Source: a bacterium
GTDB lineage: Bacteria > Patescibacteriota > Microgenomatia > UBA1400 > PJMF01
DNA: 64,000 bases
Assembly: GCA_017431625.1 (NCBI GenBank)
Contig: JAFRKQ010000010.1
Coordinates: 17,503 to 81,502, forward strand
Direction of reading: 5' to 3'
The notes under the pieces were generated by a model, which was given only the letters and a program-made list of their open reading frames with translations, searched no databases and had not been told where the DNA came from. Of the stretch, positions 1-9,481 are shown piece after piece (the stretch's first letter is position 1; every line of letters begins with the position of its first letter). Both the position numbers and the translations under genes were made by a program.

Positions 1-1112
1 GAGAGGGTGGGTAAGGCGGGCGTGTGCTGAATATGATGGGCACTGATTTGCTCACCTTGACGTCGCAAGACCAAAATGAGGGTAGATTTTTGTGCAAAGC
101 CGGCTTCAATTACTCGTGGTGAGTGGGTAGTGACGAAAAGTTGTGCTCCCAACTGACCTCCATCATCAGCAAATAGTGACTGATAATAGTGGAGAATGTG
201 AGAGCGCCAGGCGGGATGGAGACTCAACTCAGGCTCATCAATCAGCACTAAGTGACCGCACATGCTGGCCCGGTTTTGCAGGAGGAAGGCACCACGAAAA
301 ACAATTTGCTTTTCGCCAGAGCTTAAATCCGCCAACTCCACCAAACGCTCACCTTTACGGAAAAAGACCTGACGCTGAGCGTCGAGGTTTTTGACCCCCT
401 CATAGTTGAGCGAACCCGAGAACATCACCTCAAAGGCGGCCTGGAATTGTTTGATTCGGCGATTGCGCAGGCTTTCTGGAGGCACTTGGCCAGCATGAGC
501 TTGCGCCCAATCATTCAGATCATTAGCGTCTCGACTTTGGATATCAATCAACAGCTGCTGAATGCTGGTGGCCAAGTCGGGCCCACTTTTGACACTAGTA
601 GTCGTGTGCGCCTCGATACTGCCATTGGTGATGGTGGGCGTGCACTGAGGCTCGTAGTTAATCTCTACTGTCGAGTAGACGGACTTGAGCAAGCCTCGCA
701 GCGTGGGATTGGCCAAAATGAGCTGACTCGCGATAGGCTGCCAAGTGCGATCAGTCGCTTGGGTACTAAATTGAAGCCGAGCCGCATCGCTAGGCGAGCG
801 ACTCAGATCTAGTGTCACTTGCCAGCTGTCGCTGGGCTGAATGTCGGGAGCATTCTGGCTGAGTTGTTCGCGCACCTGATCATACTCGGGTGCAGTCAGC
901 TGTAAGGTGAAAACCCGCTGTTCGTCGCGGACGGTCTGGAAGTCCTCAAGCAGCGAAAATTCATAGATTAGCTCCAAAAGCATGGTTTTACCACAACCAT
1001 TTTCGCCAGCGATAACGATCGTGTCGGCTACCTGACCGTCCTCAAGGGTAAAGTCAAGCGTCAGCGTGCCAAACAAAGGGTGATTGGTGAGGGTAATGTC
1101 TTTGATTTTCAT
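1..1112 (-). CDS. ABC/SMC-like AAA ATPase (AAA_21-type), partial; the C-terminus runs off the window start
   Basis: My own translation of the minus strand from ATG 1112 to position 1 shows no stop. It is not in the ORF track because no stop lies in the window. Motifs: Walker A GENGCGKT, signature-like LSSGEK, Walker B/D-loop LVLIDEPELSLHP, H-loop TTHSP. The start lies 15 nt after the malQ stop. Confidence 0.55.
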   Translation of the reverse strand, partial: MKIKDITLTNHPLFGTLTLDFTLEDGQVADTIVIAGENGCGKTMLLELIYEFSLLEDFQTVRDEQRVFTLQLTAPEYDQVREQLSQNAPDIQPSDSWQVTLDLSRSPSDAARLQFSTQATDRTWQPIASQLILANPTLRGLLKSVYSTVEINYEPQCTPTITNGSIEAHTTTSVKSGPDLATSIQQLLIDIQSRDANDLNDWAQAHAGQVPPESLRNRRIKQFQAAFEVMFSGSLNYEGVKNLDAQRQVFFRKGERLVELADLSSGEKQIVFRGAFLLQNRASMCGHLVLIDEPELSLHPAWRSHILHYYQSLFADDGGQLGAQLFVTTHSPRVIEAGFAQKSTLILVLRRQGEQISAHHIQHTPALPTL

Positions 1113-1126
1113 CGGTTTAATCCAGA

Positions 1127-2527
1127 TTAAATTTTTGCCAAATATTTTTTCACGTCAATTTGATAATCCCAGCGCGTCAACTCTTCGTGGCCCGGCACAT
1201 TAAAGCGCCAACTCTCCAGCCACCAGTCTTGCCAGGGAATCACGGTCATACGCGCCTCCTGGGTGATTAGGAGATCACGCAAAGCCCCGGCCAAAGCCCG
1301 ATCATCGAGGTTATCGCGCAGGTTGTTTAGCTTTTTGAGTCGTGCCTTGATGGCTGAGGGTAGCTTTTGTACCCAGGGGAGCAGAGGTGGGGTATCATGA
1401 GTGGAGGTAAATATGATCTTGTTGCCAGCCAATGATGCAATTTCCAATTCTTGGTCCTTGACTTTTTCGGGTGCGATCGGGTTTTGGGCTTCGATATTAT
1501 ACGCCAGTGTCAGGACACTTGAGCCAACAACGTCATATTCTTTCATAAACTGTTCAAGGCGCATCTTATCACTGGCAATATCCTCAAAGTAAACCCCAAA
1601 GCGCAAATTTTGCAAGTCACGCAATAATTCCATGACAGCTGGCTTACCGGGGCCCTGGAGTTTACGATTCCAGGCGTGGTGTTGACGTGACATCGCCCCA
1701 TATTTAAAAAAGCCATTGGCGTGATCGATCCGCACCAAATCCGTAAAACCACGCATAAATTGCAGCCGCTGATTAAAAAGCTGCATAACATCAGCGATTT
1801 CATTATTTTCCCAGTCATAAAGTGGGTGGCCCCAATATTGTTCGGCAAAAGGTTCGTCCAAAGCGGCGGGGACACCAGACTCCAGGCGCATTTGACCAGC
1901 CTCACCCAGCAAAAATAGCGGTTGGTGGGCCCAGACTAGACTACTTTCTCGGGCCAGATAAAAAGGCAAATCACCAATGAGAGTAATTTCATTTTCTAGG
2001 GCATTACGGCGCAAGTTGGTTAGCTGATTGTAGAGAAAATATTGCTGGTCAATAAAACCATTAATCGCTGCTTCTAGCCGTAGGCGACTGGTGGCAAGAG
2101 CAGCCTGCTGGCGATCGCGCAACTCTGGCGGCCAAGTCCACCACTCATCAGTACCAAGCTGCTGGACTATTGCCTGAAAATGGGCATAATCAGTCAGCCA
2201 AAAGCGATTTTGAAAGACAAATTCTTCGCGAGTGAGTGTCCAGCGGCGCCACTGAGAGGGTACCTGCGGGTCAAAAAAATACGGACTCAGGCCGACACCC
2301 TGATTGCGATAGGGCGTGGCAATCGGGTGAGAGAGTGGTAACAGCTGCCAGCCAGACTGATTGGTTTTTTTAAGCCACTGGATAAAATCGAGTGCGGCGG
2401 CAAAATTTTGCAGACAGACCAAAGGCAGTAGGGTGGCTACAGGCGTACTCATAAGAGTATTATACACCAGATTCCCGCAAATCGAGGTGCAGTTTTCATT
2501 ATTACCAGCCATTCTCTCCCAACCCAT
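1127..2527 (-). CDS. malQ: 4-alpha-glucanotransferase (amylomaltase, GH77)
   Basis: 466 aa. GH77 motifs WQLLPL, RIDHANGFFKY, GDLPFYLARESSLVWAH. The exact start is uncertain (alternatives MAGNNEN.. or MSTPV..). A consensus minus-strand promoter lies at 2545-2582. Confidence 0.8.
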   Translation of the reverse strand: MGWERMAGNNENCTSICGNLVYNTLMSTPVATLLPLVCLQNFAAALDFIQWLKKTNQSGWQLLPLSHPIATPYRNQGVGLSPYFFDPQVPSQWRRWTLTREEFVFQNRFWLTDYAHFQAIVQQLGTDEWWTWPPELRDRQQAALATSRLRLEAAINGFIDQQYFLYNQLTNLRRNALENEITLIGDLPFYLARESSLVWAHQPLFLLGEAGQMRLESGVPAALDEPFAEQYWGHPLYDWENNEIADVMQLFNQRLQFMRGFTDLVRIDHANGFFKYGAMSRQHHAWNRKLQGPGKPAVMELLRDLQNLRFGVYFEDIASDKMRLEQFMKEYDVVGSSVLTLAYNIEAQNPIAPEKVKDQELEIASLAGNKIIFTSTHDTPPLLPWVQKLPSAIKARLKKLNNLRDNLDDRALAGALRDLLITQEARMTVIPWQDWWLESWRFNVPGHEELTRWDYQIDVKKYLAKI

Positions 2528-2544
2528 TCCTTCTTAAGCTACCT

Positions 2545-2582
2545 ATATTATATCATACTATGTCAAATTTGTCAAGAGGCAA
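2545..2582 (-). promoter_or_regulatory. Consensus sigma70-type promoter (TTGACA-17-TGATATAAT), minus orientation, drives malQ
   Basis: Reverse complement reads gcctcTTGACAaatttgacatagtatgaTATAATa. The element is shared with 11 other copies in the window. Confidence 0.6.
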
Positions 2583-2624
2583 TTTTGCCAGTGAAATTGG
2601 CCAACTTTGGTGTATAATAGCGGC

Positions 2625-3140
2625 ATGAAAAAAATCTTGCGCCTACTGGCAAGTCTGTCTACACTGGTGATCGGCAGTATGGGGCTGGCGACACTCGCCC
2701 AGGCTCAAGTGTGTGCGGTCTGCACAATTGCGGTGGCCAGTGGTCTGGGTATTAGCCGGCTGCTTGGGGTTGATGATACCTACACTGGCGTTTGGTTGGG
2801 GGCAGCGGTGGTTGCTCTGCCCAGTTTTGTCAGTAGTCTGATTGCCAAAAAATGGCCCAAAGTCAAGTATTTACGGAAAATTTCCCTGGTGACAATGATC
2901 GTGGTCACACTGGTAGCCTTATATCTGGCTGATGGTTTTTACCGGGCGGGGGCACTGACTCATCTGGCTCAAGGGATGATCATCGGCGTGATTTGCTTTT
3001 TGCTGGGCTATTACTTGGATCGAGCCTTGAGAGTGCTCAAAGATGATGGGGGCAAGCCATATTTTCCTTTCCAAAAGGTAGTCTGTCCCGTTTGTCTGGT
3101 ACTGGTGGGGACGTTGGGGGCATGGATTTTGGTAAGCTAA
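2625..3140 (+). CDS. Hypothetical membrane protein (signal peptide plus several TM helices)
   Basis: The track ORF starts at a TTG (2607). The likely true start is ATG 2625 (MKKILRLLASL..), 6 nt after TATAAT at 2613-2618, so the mRNA is leaderless. Confidence 0.5.
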   Translation: MKKILRLLASLSTLVIGSMGLATLAQAQVCAVCTIAVASGLGISRLLGVDDTYTGVWLGAAVVALPSFVSSLIAKKWPKVKYLRKISLVTMIVVTLVALYLADGFYRAGALTHLAQGMIIGVICFLLGYYLDRALRVLKDDGGKPYFPFQKVVCPVCLVLVGTLGAWILVS

Positions 3141-3200
3141 AGTGAACATTTGTGTGGTATAATAGTCATTAGTTTGATAACTAAAGTAGCTATAGGATAG

Positions 3201-4616
3201 ATGATTATGACCAATCAGAAGAATAAATTGGATGAATTGGTAAGTTTTTGCAAGTCGCGTGGTTTTGTTTATCCTTCGAGTGAGATTTATGGCGGCATGA
3301 GTGCAATTTATGATTATGGTCATTATGGTATTCTCCTGAAAAATAATATTCGCGATGCCTGGTGGCGAGAGATGGTCCAGTTGCGAGAAGATGTTTTAGG
3401 CCTTGACAGTGCGATTTTTATGGCACCGATGACCTGGAAGGCGTCTGGGCACGTGGATAGTTTTGATGACCCGCAGATTGATTGCAAAAAGTGTCACGCG
3501 CGCATTCGGGCCGATCATTTGTTGGAAGAGTTTGGACTCAATGTCGATAAAGAGCCTATCGATGTGGTTAATAGCAAAATTAACGAGCTCAAGCGAGCAG
3601 GGCAAAAGATTTGCTGTCCCAATTGTGGAAGTGAGGATTTAACACCGGCCAAGCGCTTTTCCTTGATGGTGAAGTCAAATATCGGCGCGCCTACCGATGA
3701 CTTATCTGAAGAGAATGTGGTTTATCTGCGTCCAGAAACTTGTGGGGGGATCTATTTGGAGTACAAAAACACCATGGACTCCCTCCACCCCAGTTTGCCT
3801 TTTGGAATTGCTCAGGTGGGTAAGGCTTTCCGTAATGAAATTATTGCCCGGCAGTTTGTTTTCCGCACGCGTGAGTTTGAACAAATGGAAATGCAGTACT
3901 TTTTGCATCCTGACGATATGAAACAGAAGTATGAATACTGGCGCGCTCAGCGTTGGAATTGGTATTTGAGTCTGGGGATGGACGAGAAAAAAATCCGCTG
4001 GTTCAAGCATCTTAAACTCGCGCACTATGCTAGCGAGGCTTATGACATCGAGTACGACAGTCAGTTTTTGGGCGGCTTTAAGGAAATCGAAGGCATTCAT
4101 GCTCGCGGTAATTGGGATTTGTCGCAGCACAGTAAATTTTCGGGTGTGGATCTGTCATATTTTGATCCCAAAACGGGCGAGAAGTTCATTCCCCATATTA
4201 TGGAAACGTCAGTGGGCTTGGGTCGGCTTTTCTTGATGTTCTTGGATTTTGCCTATACACGGGAAAAAATTGCTGGTAAAGATGATGAGCGTTTGGTTTT
4301 GCATCTTGATCCGCGTCTGGCGCCAGTCAAGGCGGCGGTCTTCCCACTTTTGCGCAACAAACCCGAGCTGGTGACCAAAGCACGCGAGCTGGCTGGGCGC
4401 TTGCGGCCACTTTATCAGATAGAGTTTGATGATCACGGCAATATTGGCAAACGCTATCGTCGCCAAGATGAAATTGGGACTCCACTGACAATCACAGTAG
4501 ATTTTGACAGTTTGAGTGGTGATGACGTGACCGTGCGCGAGCGCGACACCATGAGTCAGGAGCGCGTGAGCATCGCCAAGTTGACGGATTATTTGCGGGA
4601 GAAACTGGGTTTTTGA
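3201..4616 (+). CDS. glyQS: Glycine--tRNA ligase (class II, alpha2 type)
   Basis: 471 aa. Characteristic GlyRS N-terminus (FVYPSSEIYGG, WWREMVQ) and class II motifs. The stop overlaps the next gene's start (ATGA). Confidence 0.85.
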   Translation: MIMTNQKNKLDELVSFCKSRGFVYPSSEIYGGMSAIYDYGHYGILLKNNIRDAWWREMVQLREDVLGLDSAIFMAPMTWKASGHVDSFDDPQIDCKKCHARIRADHLLEEFGLNVDKEPIDVVNSKINELKRAGQKICCPNCGSEDLTPAKRFSLMVKSNIGAPTDDLSEENVVYLRPETCGGIYLEYKNTMDSLHPSLPFGIAQVGKAFRNEIIARQFVFRTREFEQMEMQYFLHPDDMKQKYEYWRAQRWNWYLSLGMDEKKIRWFKHLKLAHYASEAYDIEYDSQFLGGFKEIEGIHARGNWDLSQHSKFSGVDLSYFDPKTGEKFIPHIMETSVGLGRLFLMFLDFAYTREKIAGKDDERLVLHLDPRLAPVKAAVFPLLRNKPELVTKARELAGRLRPLYQIEFDDHGNIGKRYRRQDEIGTPLTITVDFDSLSGDDVTVRERDTMSQERVSIAKLTDYLREKLGF

Positions 4617-7204
4617 TGCAAGAGTGGCTTTATCGCGCCAAGCGCTACTATCACTTTTTCAAGACCGGTCTGCGCGGTTTTTGGGCAGCGGTCCGCTATC
4701 AGCATCCAGAAAAGAAGTTGAAGGTGATTTTGGTGACGGGTACTGATGGCAAGACCACTACCTCGAGCCTGATTTATCATTTGCTCAAAAATTGTGGCTA
4801 TAAAGTTGCCCTCCTCTCAACCGTGGCGGCATATATTGGTGAGGAAAAACTTGATACGGGCTTTCACGTGACCTCGCCATCGCCGGCTGATTTATATCGC
4901 TATATGGCCAAAATGGTTGATGCTGGCATGGAATACTTGGTTTTGGAGTTGACCTCACAAGGGGCTTATCAATGGCGAGCCTGGGGTATTCAAGCAGAAA
5001 TTGCGGCCCTAACCAATATTGATCAAGAACACTTGGATTATCACTTGACATTTGAAAATTACTTGGCTGCCAAGATGTTGGTGCTCAATGCAGCGCGAGT
5101 GGCTGTGGTTAATGACGAAATGCCATGCTTTAGTCAAGTCAAAAAGAGTCTTCACTCGAGCGTGAATTTGATTACTTTCAATCACGGCAGCCGTTTTAGT
5201 GCTCCGCTAGAAAAGGCCGTGCGTGAGCATTTTCGTGAAGACTACAATCGTCTCAATGCCTTTTTGGCACTCACGGTAGCCAAACAATTCAAGTTGACGG
5301 ACAAGCAACTCGAAGAAGCTTTGCAGGATTTTCGTCTGCCAGAAGGACGACTCCAAGTGGTGCCCAATCAGCTTGGCTTTACGATGATTGTTGATTTTGC
5401 TCATACACCCCAGGCGTTAGCGGCGGTGCTGCCAGCGATTCGCAAACAGTATCTGCCAGCCGGCAAAAAACTGATTGGGATTGTTGGCTGTGCGGGTTTG
5501 CGCGATCGTCACAAACGCCCCGTGATGGGACGAATTATGGCAGAACAATGTGATATTGCGATTTTTACCGCTGAGGATCCACGAACAGAAAATATTTGGT
5601 CTATCATCGCACAGATGAAACAGGATTTGGGCACGGGACACCGGCGAGTGATCTCCATTGCCAATCGTGAAGCGGCACTGCGTTGGGCGATTGACCACTA
5701 TGGTCATGACGGCAATGTGATTGCGATTTTTGGTAAAGGTCACGAACAAAGTATGAATTATGATGGTGTTCATGAGACGCTCTGGAATGACGTGAGTGGG
5801 GCACAAAAAATTATGCGTGAGCGTGAAACGGCGGCTTTGCCTGGGATTTTAACTAAGCAACATTTCTTTTTGATGGGGGTAAAGGGAGTGGGGATGACTG
5901 CTCTGGCTTCATGTTTGCTGGACGCAGGCAAGAGTGTAACTGGCAGTGACAGTAGTGAGCGCTTTCCCACCAGTCGCAATCTTGAGCGGCTCAAAATCCC
6001 CATTATCCCTTTGGATTGCGACCTGCCAGCGGACACGCAGGTGGTGATCTACACTGGTTCTCATGGTGGTCACACCCAAAAACAAGTCAAGCAAGCCATC
6101 GAGCGCGGTCTCCCGGTCTACTCGCATATGGAAGCACTGTCGTGGTTTTTTGATCATCATCAAGGGATAGCGGTGTGTGGTGTCGGCGGCAAGTCAAGCA
6201 TTAGTGCCATGTTGGCTTTTGTGAGCCAAAAGCTTGCGCCCCAGTCGTATGCCGTGGGAGTGGGTGAGATTATTGGTCTGCCCAAAACGGGTCAGTATCT
6301 TCCCGACAGCGATTATTTTATTGCCGAGGCAGATGAGTATGTGGCTGATCCGACCACTATTGGGACTGACAAACAGCACTTGCGCTTCTTGTATTTGCAC
6401 CCGCAAATAATCATTTGTCCCAATCTGCGTTTTGATCATCCAGACGTTTACCGCGATTTTGCCCACACTAAGGAGGCATTCTTACAGTTTTTTTGTCAAC
6501 TCAAGCCCGGCGGTACTCTGATTTACAATGGTGATGATTTGCCGCTGCAAGAGGTGGTATCGCGCTTACGCGCCCAACGCCCAGATGTAAGTATTATCAC
6601 TTATGGCTTGGGTGAGCAAAACGATTATTGTCTTGCCCGGGAAAAAATCACGCTCTCAATCCCGGGAGAATACAATCGCCTCAATGCTCTGGCATGTTTT
6701 GCGGCTACGCAAAAAATGGGCTTGCCAGCCAAACAAGTACGTACGAGTCTTCATGAATATCAATCAGTCTTACGCCGGATGCAACTGATTCGTGATGAAC
6801 ATGATATTCAGATTTGGGACGACTACGCCCACCACCCGAGTGAAATTGTGGCATCGATTGCGGCCATCAAAGAGCGTACTCACAAACGACGCCTAATTGT
6901 GGCTTTTCAGCCGCATACTTATTCGCGTACCAAACAATTACTGCCAGATTTTATTGAGAGTTTGGCGGCGGCCGATAATGTGTGGCTGCTGGATATTTAC
7001 CCTTCAGCGCGTGAGAGTTTTGATCCCACCATTTCCAGTCAAATGATTGTCGATGGTCTCAAGAAAAAAAAGCCCACGATCAAAGCACGTTTGTTGGGAG
7101 GAGTGGCTGATTTGCGTGAGACGATTGCTCAGGATTTGCGCGCTGGCGACACGCTGCTATTGCTGGGAGCGGGTGATATTTACCACGCGGTGCGAGATGA
7201 TTAA
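4613..7204 (+). CDS. Fused Mur ligase: MurE-like N-terminal half plus MurC-like C-terminal half
   Basis: 863 aa in one frame. N-half: P-loop LVTGTDGKTTT, MIVDFAHTPQAL, GCAGLRDRHKRPVMG, TAEDPRTE (MurE signatures, but without the usual about 100 aa N-terminal domain). C-half: GVKGVGMTALA, GIAVCGVGGKSS, DDYAHHPSEI, FQPHTYSRT (MurC signatures). Confidence 0.75.
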   Translation: MMQEWLYRAKRYYHFFKTGLRGFWAAVRYQHPEKKLKVILVTGTDGKTTTSSLIYHLLKNCGYKVALLSTVAAYIGEEKLDTGFHVTSPSPADLYRYMAKMVDAGMEYLVLELTSQGAYQWRAWGIQAEIAALTNIDQEHLDYHLTFENYLAAKMLVLNAARVAVVNDEMPCFSQVKKSLHSSVNLITFNHGSRFSAPLEKAVREHFREDYNRLNAFLALTVAKQFKLTDKQLEEALQDFRLPEGRLQVVPNQLGFTMIVDFAHTPQALAAVLPAIRKQYLPAGKKLIGIVGCAGLRDRHKRPVMGRIMAEQCDIAIFTAEDPRTENIWSIIAQMKQDLGTGHRRVISIANREAALRWAIDHYGHDGNVIAIFGKGHEQSMNYDGVHETLWNDVSGAQKIMRERETAALPGILTKQHFFLMGVKGVGMTALASCLLDAGKSVTGSDSSERFPTSRNLERLKIPIIPLDCDLPADTQVVIYTGSHGGHTQKQVKQAIERGLPVYSHMEALSWFFDHHQGIAVCGVGGKSSISAMLAFVSQKLAPQSYAVGVGEIIGLPKTGQYLPDSDYFIAEADEYVADPTTIGTDKQHLRFLYLHPQIIICPNLRFDHPDVYRDFAHTKEAFLQFFCQLKPGGTLIYNGDDLPLQEVVSRLRAQRPDVSIITYGLGEQNDYCLAREKITLSIPGEYNRLNALACFAATQKMGLPAKQVRTSLHEYQSVLRRMQLIRDEHDIQIWDDYAHHPSEIVASIAAIKERTHKRRLIVAFQPHTYSRTKQLLPDFIESLAAADNVWLLDIYPSARESFDPTISSQMIVDGLKKKKPTIKARLLGGVADLRETIAQDLRAGDTLLLLGAGDIYHAVRDD

Positions 7205-7355
7205 AATTGACCCTTTGTTTTTTTCTGTACTGAGTTTGTCACCAAAAACCAGAGGTACGCGTTTAACAAATGTTTAACAAGTGTTTAACAAAGTCCAAAT
7301 TTGCTGGACAAATTTTAACTTGTTTGCTGGACAATAATTAGCGAGTTGGTCATCA

Positions 7356-7374
7356 TAAAAAATACCCGCTGTAT
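7356..7374. terminator. Hairpin ACCCGCTgtatgAGCGGGT flanked by A-run/T-run; likely bidirectional rho-independent terminator
   Basis: On the minus strand the hairpin is followed by TATTTTTTAT, just downstream of the phosphatase gene end (7413). It also sits about 150 nt after the plus-strand Mur ligase gene. Confidence 0.5.
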
Positions 7375-7412
7375 GAGCGGGTGTTGATCTTTTGGCGATT
7401 GGAATTGACATT

Positions 7413-7949
7413 TTAGTAATTCTCAAGGTAAGTCAATTCGTGAATCGCGGTATTGTGAAAACGTCGCCAACGATGATGTGGGTCAACGAGATGACAGAAT
7501 TCATTCATAACTCCTGCGTGAGTGATCACGACGATACGGCGCAGCTGGCGAGGAAAACTCGACAGTGAATGCAAAAAAGCGATTAATCGCTGCTTCAGTT
7601 TTTGACGAGTTTCTACTCCCAACAAATCGTATTCGGGTCCGCCGCCATCAATCTCTGTCCAGCAAACATCATGTTTGGAGCGCATCTCCAATTCGCCATA
7701 AGAGCGCTCGCGCAAAAGCCAGGTGTACATCACCGGCACGCAAATTACTTTGGCAATTGCTTGCGCTGTCTGGCGTGCGCGAATGAGATCAGAGCTAAAA
7801 ATGGCGTCGATATCAAGCTCACGACAAGTATTGGCAACACATTCCGCTTGCAAGCGTCCATCGTGATTGAGTGGCGCATCGATCCAGCCTTGAATGAGCC
7901 CCTGTTGATTGAGCTGGGTGCGACCATGTCTGATCAGCCAGATTTTCAT
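7413..7949 (-). CDS. Histidine phosphatase family protein (phosphoglycerate mutase-like)
   Basis: MKIWLIRHGRTQLNQQG.. gives the RHG catalytic motif. AGGAGG lies 9 nt upstream of ATG 7949. The track ORF is extended upstream to 7976. A consensus minus promoter lies at 7990-8030. Confidence 0.7.
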   Translation of the reverse strand: MKIWLIRHGRTQLNQQGLIQGWIDAPLNHDGRLQAECVANTCRELDIDAIFSSDLIRARQTAQAIAKVICVPVMYTWLLRERSYGELEMRSKHDVCWTEIDGGGPEYDLLGVETRQKLKQRLIAFLHSLSSFPRQLRRIVVITHAGVMNEFCHLVDPHHRWRRFHNTAIHELTYLENY

Positions 7950-8079
7950 CAATACACACCTCCTTTGAAAGAACAAGTTGGCTTGATTATATCAAATTAT
8001 GACAAACTGTCAAGAGGGTAGTAGACATATATGTCAAATTGTGAGCACAAAAAGTGGGGGAGTAAACTCCCCCAAAATA

Positions 8080-8205
8080 TTAACGATGATAGGCCGGCCT
8101 CTCCCACAGCTGCTCGCTTTCGCGCTGCTTGGCGAGCGGTTCGAGTACGAGGTTACTCATATCCGGTTGTAGTGGTGGTGTTGGCTCGCGCTGGTATTCC
8201 TCCAT
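8080..8205 (-). CDS. Small acidic protein, 41 aa (MEEYQREPTPPLQPDMSNLVLEPLAKQRESEQLWERPAYHR)
   Basis: Perfect SD AAGGAGGTGA 6-7 nt before ATG 8205. Own minus promoter (-10 at about 8232-8240). A hairpin GGGGGAGTAAACTCCCCC plus T-run immediately follows the stop. Not in the ORF track (under 60 aa). Confidence 0.35.
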   Translation of the reverse strand: MEEYQREPTPPLQPDMSNLVLEPLAKQRESEQLWERPAYHR

Positions 8206-8465
8206 GGTCGATCACCTCCTTGCTGCATATTATATCATAATATTTGTGATTTTGATTGTCAAAATCATTATGAGTAGTACAAATGCATACAAAACATAAA
8301 TATTGCTGTTGTTAGCACTAAATCAGATTTTAGTCGGATTTATCCATAGCCTGTTATCAAGAATAATTAATTTGTTTGAGGATAATTTGGTACTTGACAA
8401 AAGTAGTAGTTTGTGGTACAATAAGTACCAGTTATGGTTCTTTAAAAAATGAAGGAGGAGATAAG

Positions 8466-8846
8466 ATGTACTTTACACTCAAACAAAAAGCATTGTTCTT
8501 GCAGTGCTGTGAAGAAAAAACCAACGCCCAAATCGCAACTACATGCCTATGCATCCTCGAAGCTGGCCTGAAACTCCTTGAAGTTAACGTTAGAAATATT
8601 AACGTTTATATGTATAAAGAAGATTTCTGGCTGTTGCGCGTAGAGGATAGTAGTATGTATATAGGCATGGGTAAGACACGAGAAATAGCTGAGGCAACAT
8701 TGCGATCAGTGCATGAGGAGTTACCGCACTTCAACAATCTATTATCTCATGTTCACGGGCTCAAGGTTACCCTAAGTGATATTAATCACCGTAATGATGA
8801 GCTCGGGTTTACACTCAGTTTTGAGCCAAAAGACACGCACATCTAA
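8466..8846 (+). CDS. Hypothetical protein (126 aa)
   Basis: Promoter TTGACAaaagtagtagtttgTGGTACAAT (8395-8424). RBS GAAGGAGGAG precedes ATG 8466. The track ORF starts further upstream at 8376. A terminator hairpin lies at 8866-8896. Confidence 0.5.
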   Translation: MYFTLKQKALFLQCCEEKTNAQIATTCLCILEAGLKLLEVNVRNINVYMYKEDFWLLRVEDSSMYIGMGKTREIAEATLRSVHEELPHFNNLLSHVHGLKVTLSDINHRNDELGFTLSFEPKDTHI

Positions 8847-8865
8847 CATGAATCATAACTCAACT

Positions 8866-8896
8866 ACCCGGTCACCATACCGGGTTTTTGCGTGAC
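8866..8896 (+). terminator. Rho-independent terminator (ACCCGGTcaccatACCGGGT plus TTTTTG)
   Basis: GC stem with a T-run downstream of the 8466-8846 gene. Confidence 0.45.
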
Positions 8897-9036
8897 AAAA
8901 ACTATCTGCTTGATAGATTTGCTTTTTGGGCTGCAATTCGGTTTCTTTAACTTAATAGCATTGTACTGTCATGTCGTACATTAAAACCAAACAAAAATTA
9001 CCATCTGAATTTAGATTTTGTGACCAAAAGGAGTTT

Positions 9037-9375
9037 TCATTCGAGCAAACCCTTGAATTCTGCACCAGGTTGGTGCAGAATTGGGCTGTAGAACTCGTAA
9101 AACCGTTTCATATAGCGGATATTTCTTGCAGAGAAACCTTGTACATCAGGAAATTCCACTTTAAGATCACGACTTAAATTATCGTAAAAACGACTGCCGT
9201 ATTTGTTGTCAAACTGCTTAGTAGTAATATCTCTCCCTATCCGCCAGTAAAGTCGCAGCATCTGTTCATTAACAGCAATACTGGCTTTGATTTGAGTGTG
9301 AGCAATGTCCTTCTTGAGCGTTGATAACCAGTGAACGTATTCTTGATTTTTGCTCGCCAATAATTCACTAGACAT
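9037..9375 (-). pseudogene. Truncated YhcG/DUF1016-family (PDDEXK nuclease-associated) N-terminal fragment
   Basis: 112 aa matching only the N-terminal region of about 350 aa YhcG-like proteins (LRLYWRIGRDI.., FPDVQGFSARNIRYMKRFY). It stops early; the C-terminal nuclease domain is absent. Confidence 0.5.
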
Positions 9376-9481
9376 ATCAGACTTTCTTTTTTATACTTAT
9401 AATTTACCATAAATAGTACAAAATGTCAAATTTTCGTGCAACCTCAGTATATTTCGGAATAAAAATTCCTATCAAACAAAG

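Noticed and set aside
143-812. Plus-strand ORFs 143-394 and 447-812 from the ORF track
   Set aside because: They lie antisense within a continuous, motif-rich minus-strand ATPase reading frame (1-1112) and have no sensible protein features.
1401-1918. Short ORFs 1401-1592 (+), 1543-1905 (-), 1721-1918 (+) inside malQ
   Set aside because: Alternative-frame or antisense ORFs within a well-supported GH77 gene.
8031-8240. Plus-strand ORF 8031-8240 (69 aa)
   Set aside because: No RBS or promoter. The opposite strand carries a short ORF (8080-8205) with a perfect SD, a promoter and a terminator, which explains the region better.
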